This document shows, piece after piece, positions 62,454 to 64,000 of a stretch of DNA of 64,000 nt. Below the pieces are notes generated by a model. It saw nothing but the letters and a program-made list of their open reading frames with translations. It was not told where the DNA came from and did no database searches. The stretch's first letter is position 1. Every line of letters begins with the position of its first letter. Source of the DNA: Porphyridium purpureum (lineage: Eukaryota); NCBI GenBank assembly GCA_008690995.1, contig VRMN01000002.1, forward strand, positions 186,001-250,000, written 5' to 3'. Position numbers and translations under genes: made by a program.

Positions 62454-63440
62454 ATGGTTCTCGGGTTTGTGTCTGGATTCGCGCTGGGCGGCGCCGCGGC
62501 GGTCAAGCCGACCGTGGCCAAGTCCATGCAGGCCGTGGCAGTGCCGCGCCGCGCGTTCGGCGTGTCGCGTGTGCGCATGAACGCCGCGGTGGCAACCAAC
62601 GGCACTGCGACCGCAATTCCAGCGGCCCCGGCAGCGCCAGCGGGCCCCAAGCTGTACAACCTCAGCGCGCCAGAGCTTTTCAAGGCTGCGGTGGCAGCTG
62701 GTACCAAGAAGGGCAAGGCCCCGACCTGGAAGCTGCTCGTCCTGTCCATGTGGGCCGGATTCCTCATCGCCATGGCTGCCATGATGTCTCTTCAGGTGGG
62801 CAAGTCAATCCCCGGAATCACCGCCTCGGACCCAGGACTTGCCAAGATCATCTTCTCCGTCTTTGGTCTGCCCATGGGTCTCACCATGGTGAGCTGCACT
62901 GGCGCTGAGCTCTTCACGGGCAACACGGCGACCTGCTCGGCTGCGCTGTACAAGGGCAAGATTACGATGGGCGACATGCTCCGCAACTGGGTGACGACCT
63001 ACTCGGGTAACTTCCTGGGCTGCATGGCTTTCCTCGGCGCTATGATTCTGTCCGGCATGATGGGCACACCGGCGACGGCTCTTGCCTCGCAGTCTGCCCT
63101 GAAGATGATTGTGGAGAAGACCAGCATGACTTTTGGCCAAGCCGTGGTGCGTGGTATCATGTGCAACTGGCTTGTGTGCATGGCCGTGTGGCTCCAAATG
63201 GGCTGCCACGACTTTGTCAACAAGATGTGCGCGATCATCCTGGCCAACATCACTTTCATTCTGATCGGCTTTGAGCATTCTGTCGCCAACATGTTCTACC
63301 TGCCGTTCGCGCTGATGAGCGGCTCGGACCTGACCTGGACTGACTTCTTCATGAAGAACCTCATCCCAGTCACCATTGGAAACATCATTGGAGGAACATG
63401 CCTGGTGAGCGGTCTGTACTACGTGTGCCACGATGAATAA
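62454..63440 (+). CDS. Formate/nitrite transporter (FNT) family channel, plastid-targeted (NAR1/LCIA-like)
   Basis: TGAELFTGN, NW..Y.GNFLG, GIMCNWLVCMAVW, GFEHSVANM, NLIPVTIGNIIGG; MVLGFV transit-like peptide; TATATA at 62320-62325. Confidence 0.93.
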   Translation: MVLGFVSGFALGGAAAVKPTVAKSMQAVAVPRRAFGVSRVRMNAAVATNGTATAIPAAPAAPAGPKLYNLSAPELFKAAVAAGTKKGKAPTWKLLVLSMWAGFLIAMAAMMSLQVGKSIPGITASDPGLAKIIFSVFGLPMGLTMVSCTGAELFTGNTATCSAALYKGKITMGDMLRNWVTTYSGNFLGCMAFLGAMILSGMMGTPATALASQSALKMIVEKTSMTFGQAVVRGIMCNWLVCMAVWLQMGCHDFVNKMCAIILANITFILIGFEHSVANMFYLPFALMSGSDLTWTDFFMKNLIPVTIGNIIGGTCLVSGLYYVCHDE

Positions 63441-64000
63441 GCTTGAGCATGGCGGCATTCGCTGCTGCCGCCGACTCGTGTTTGGGATAATAGAAGTCCA
63501 GCGTTTATAAATACTCTGAACCAGTCACCTTATCTACCTCTCAGACCCGTATCTTATGGCTCCTCTCCGCAATGTGCACTTGATGACACGCTCAGAATGT
63601 GCAGCCTCATCTAGTGTGAGGAATTCCTTGGTCATTGCCTCTGCATGCACAGCAAGTCCACGTACAGCACGATCCATTGTGACAGCTCGTGGACGCTGAC
63701 GTACGCGTTCGCAATCCGCTTCGCACGATTTCGTGATAGCTGGTTTCCAGTAGACCACCAAGCTCGCACCTGCTTTGACCTATAACACCAGACCAAGCCT
63801 TCGCTTGGGCAACCGCGAGGCGTCGCTGATTGGCATTGAGCAAGCCGGTTCATTGTTCTCATGCGCACAACGAGACATTGCTCGGATCAATTTGGTGCCC
63901 ACGAATACTCGGCGCTCCCGCGACACAGGGCAAGCGTAATGCGCTCGTCGCACAGTCGTCTTCACTTCAAAACGAGGAAAAAAAACAGACACAAAGCGCG

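Overview
Gene-dense, GC-rich, nearly intron-less eukaryotic DNA. It is very probably from a red alga of the Porphyridium type: the internally duplicated beta-carbonic anhydrase matches the P. purpureum enzyme as I recall it, and many genes start with M-x-x-F-V plastid transit-like peptides. There are about 30 protein genes: PreP protease, PrimPol, FAN1, POLD3, sterol C5-desaturase, MRE11, RPN7, RPB9, SLC25A38-like carrier, THOC3-like WD40, MPG glycosylase, beta-CA, an FNT channel and several unknowns. One intact, very young Copia LTR retrotransposon is present (identical 187-bp LTRs, 5-bp TSD). Main observations not visible in the ORF track: (1) a selenoprotein (AhpC/TSA-SelU-like, in-frame TGA in a UxxC motif) followed by a well-formed SECIS, with a CxxC paralog 18 kb away; (2) the retrotransposon gag and pol are in one frame, split by a single TGA followed by a 7-nt spacer and a perfect 11-bp hairpin, a candidate readthrough signal; (3) the element has no tRNA-type PBS but a PBS-position 10-mer complementary to its own LTR, suggesting Tf1-like self-priming in a Copia element; (4) a head-to-head beta-CA plus plastid FNT (LCIA/NAR1-like) pair, a candidate CO2-concentrating locus; (5) a spliced 52-aa ATP6AP2-tail-like microprotein; (6) a two-part promoter motif shared by two putative cell-cycle genes. 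All calls come from reading the sequence; no searches or folding programs were run.
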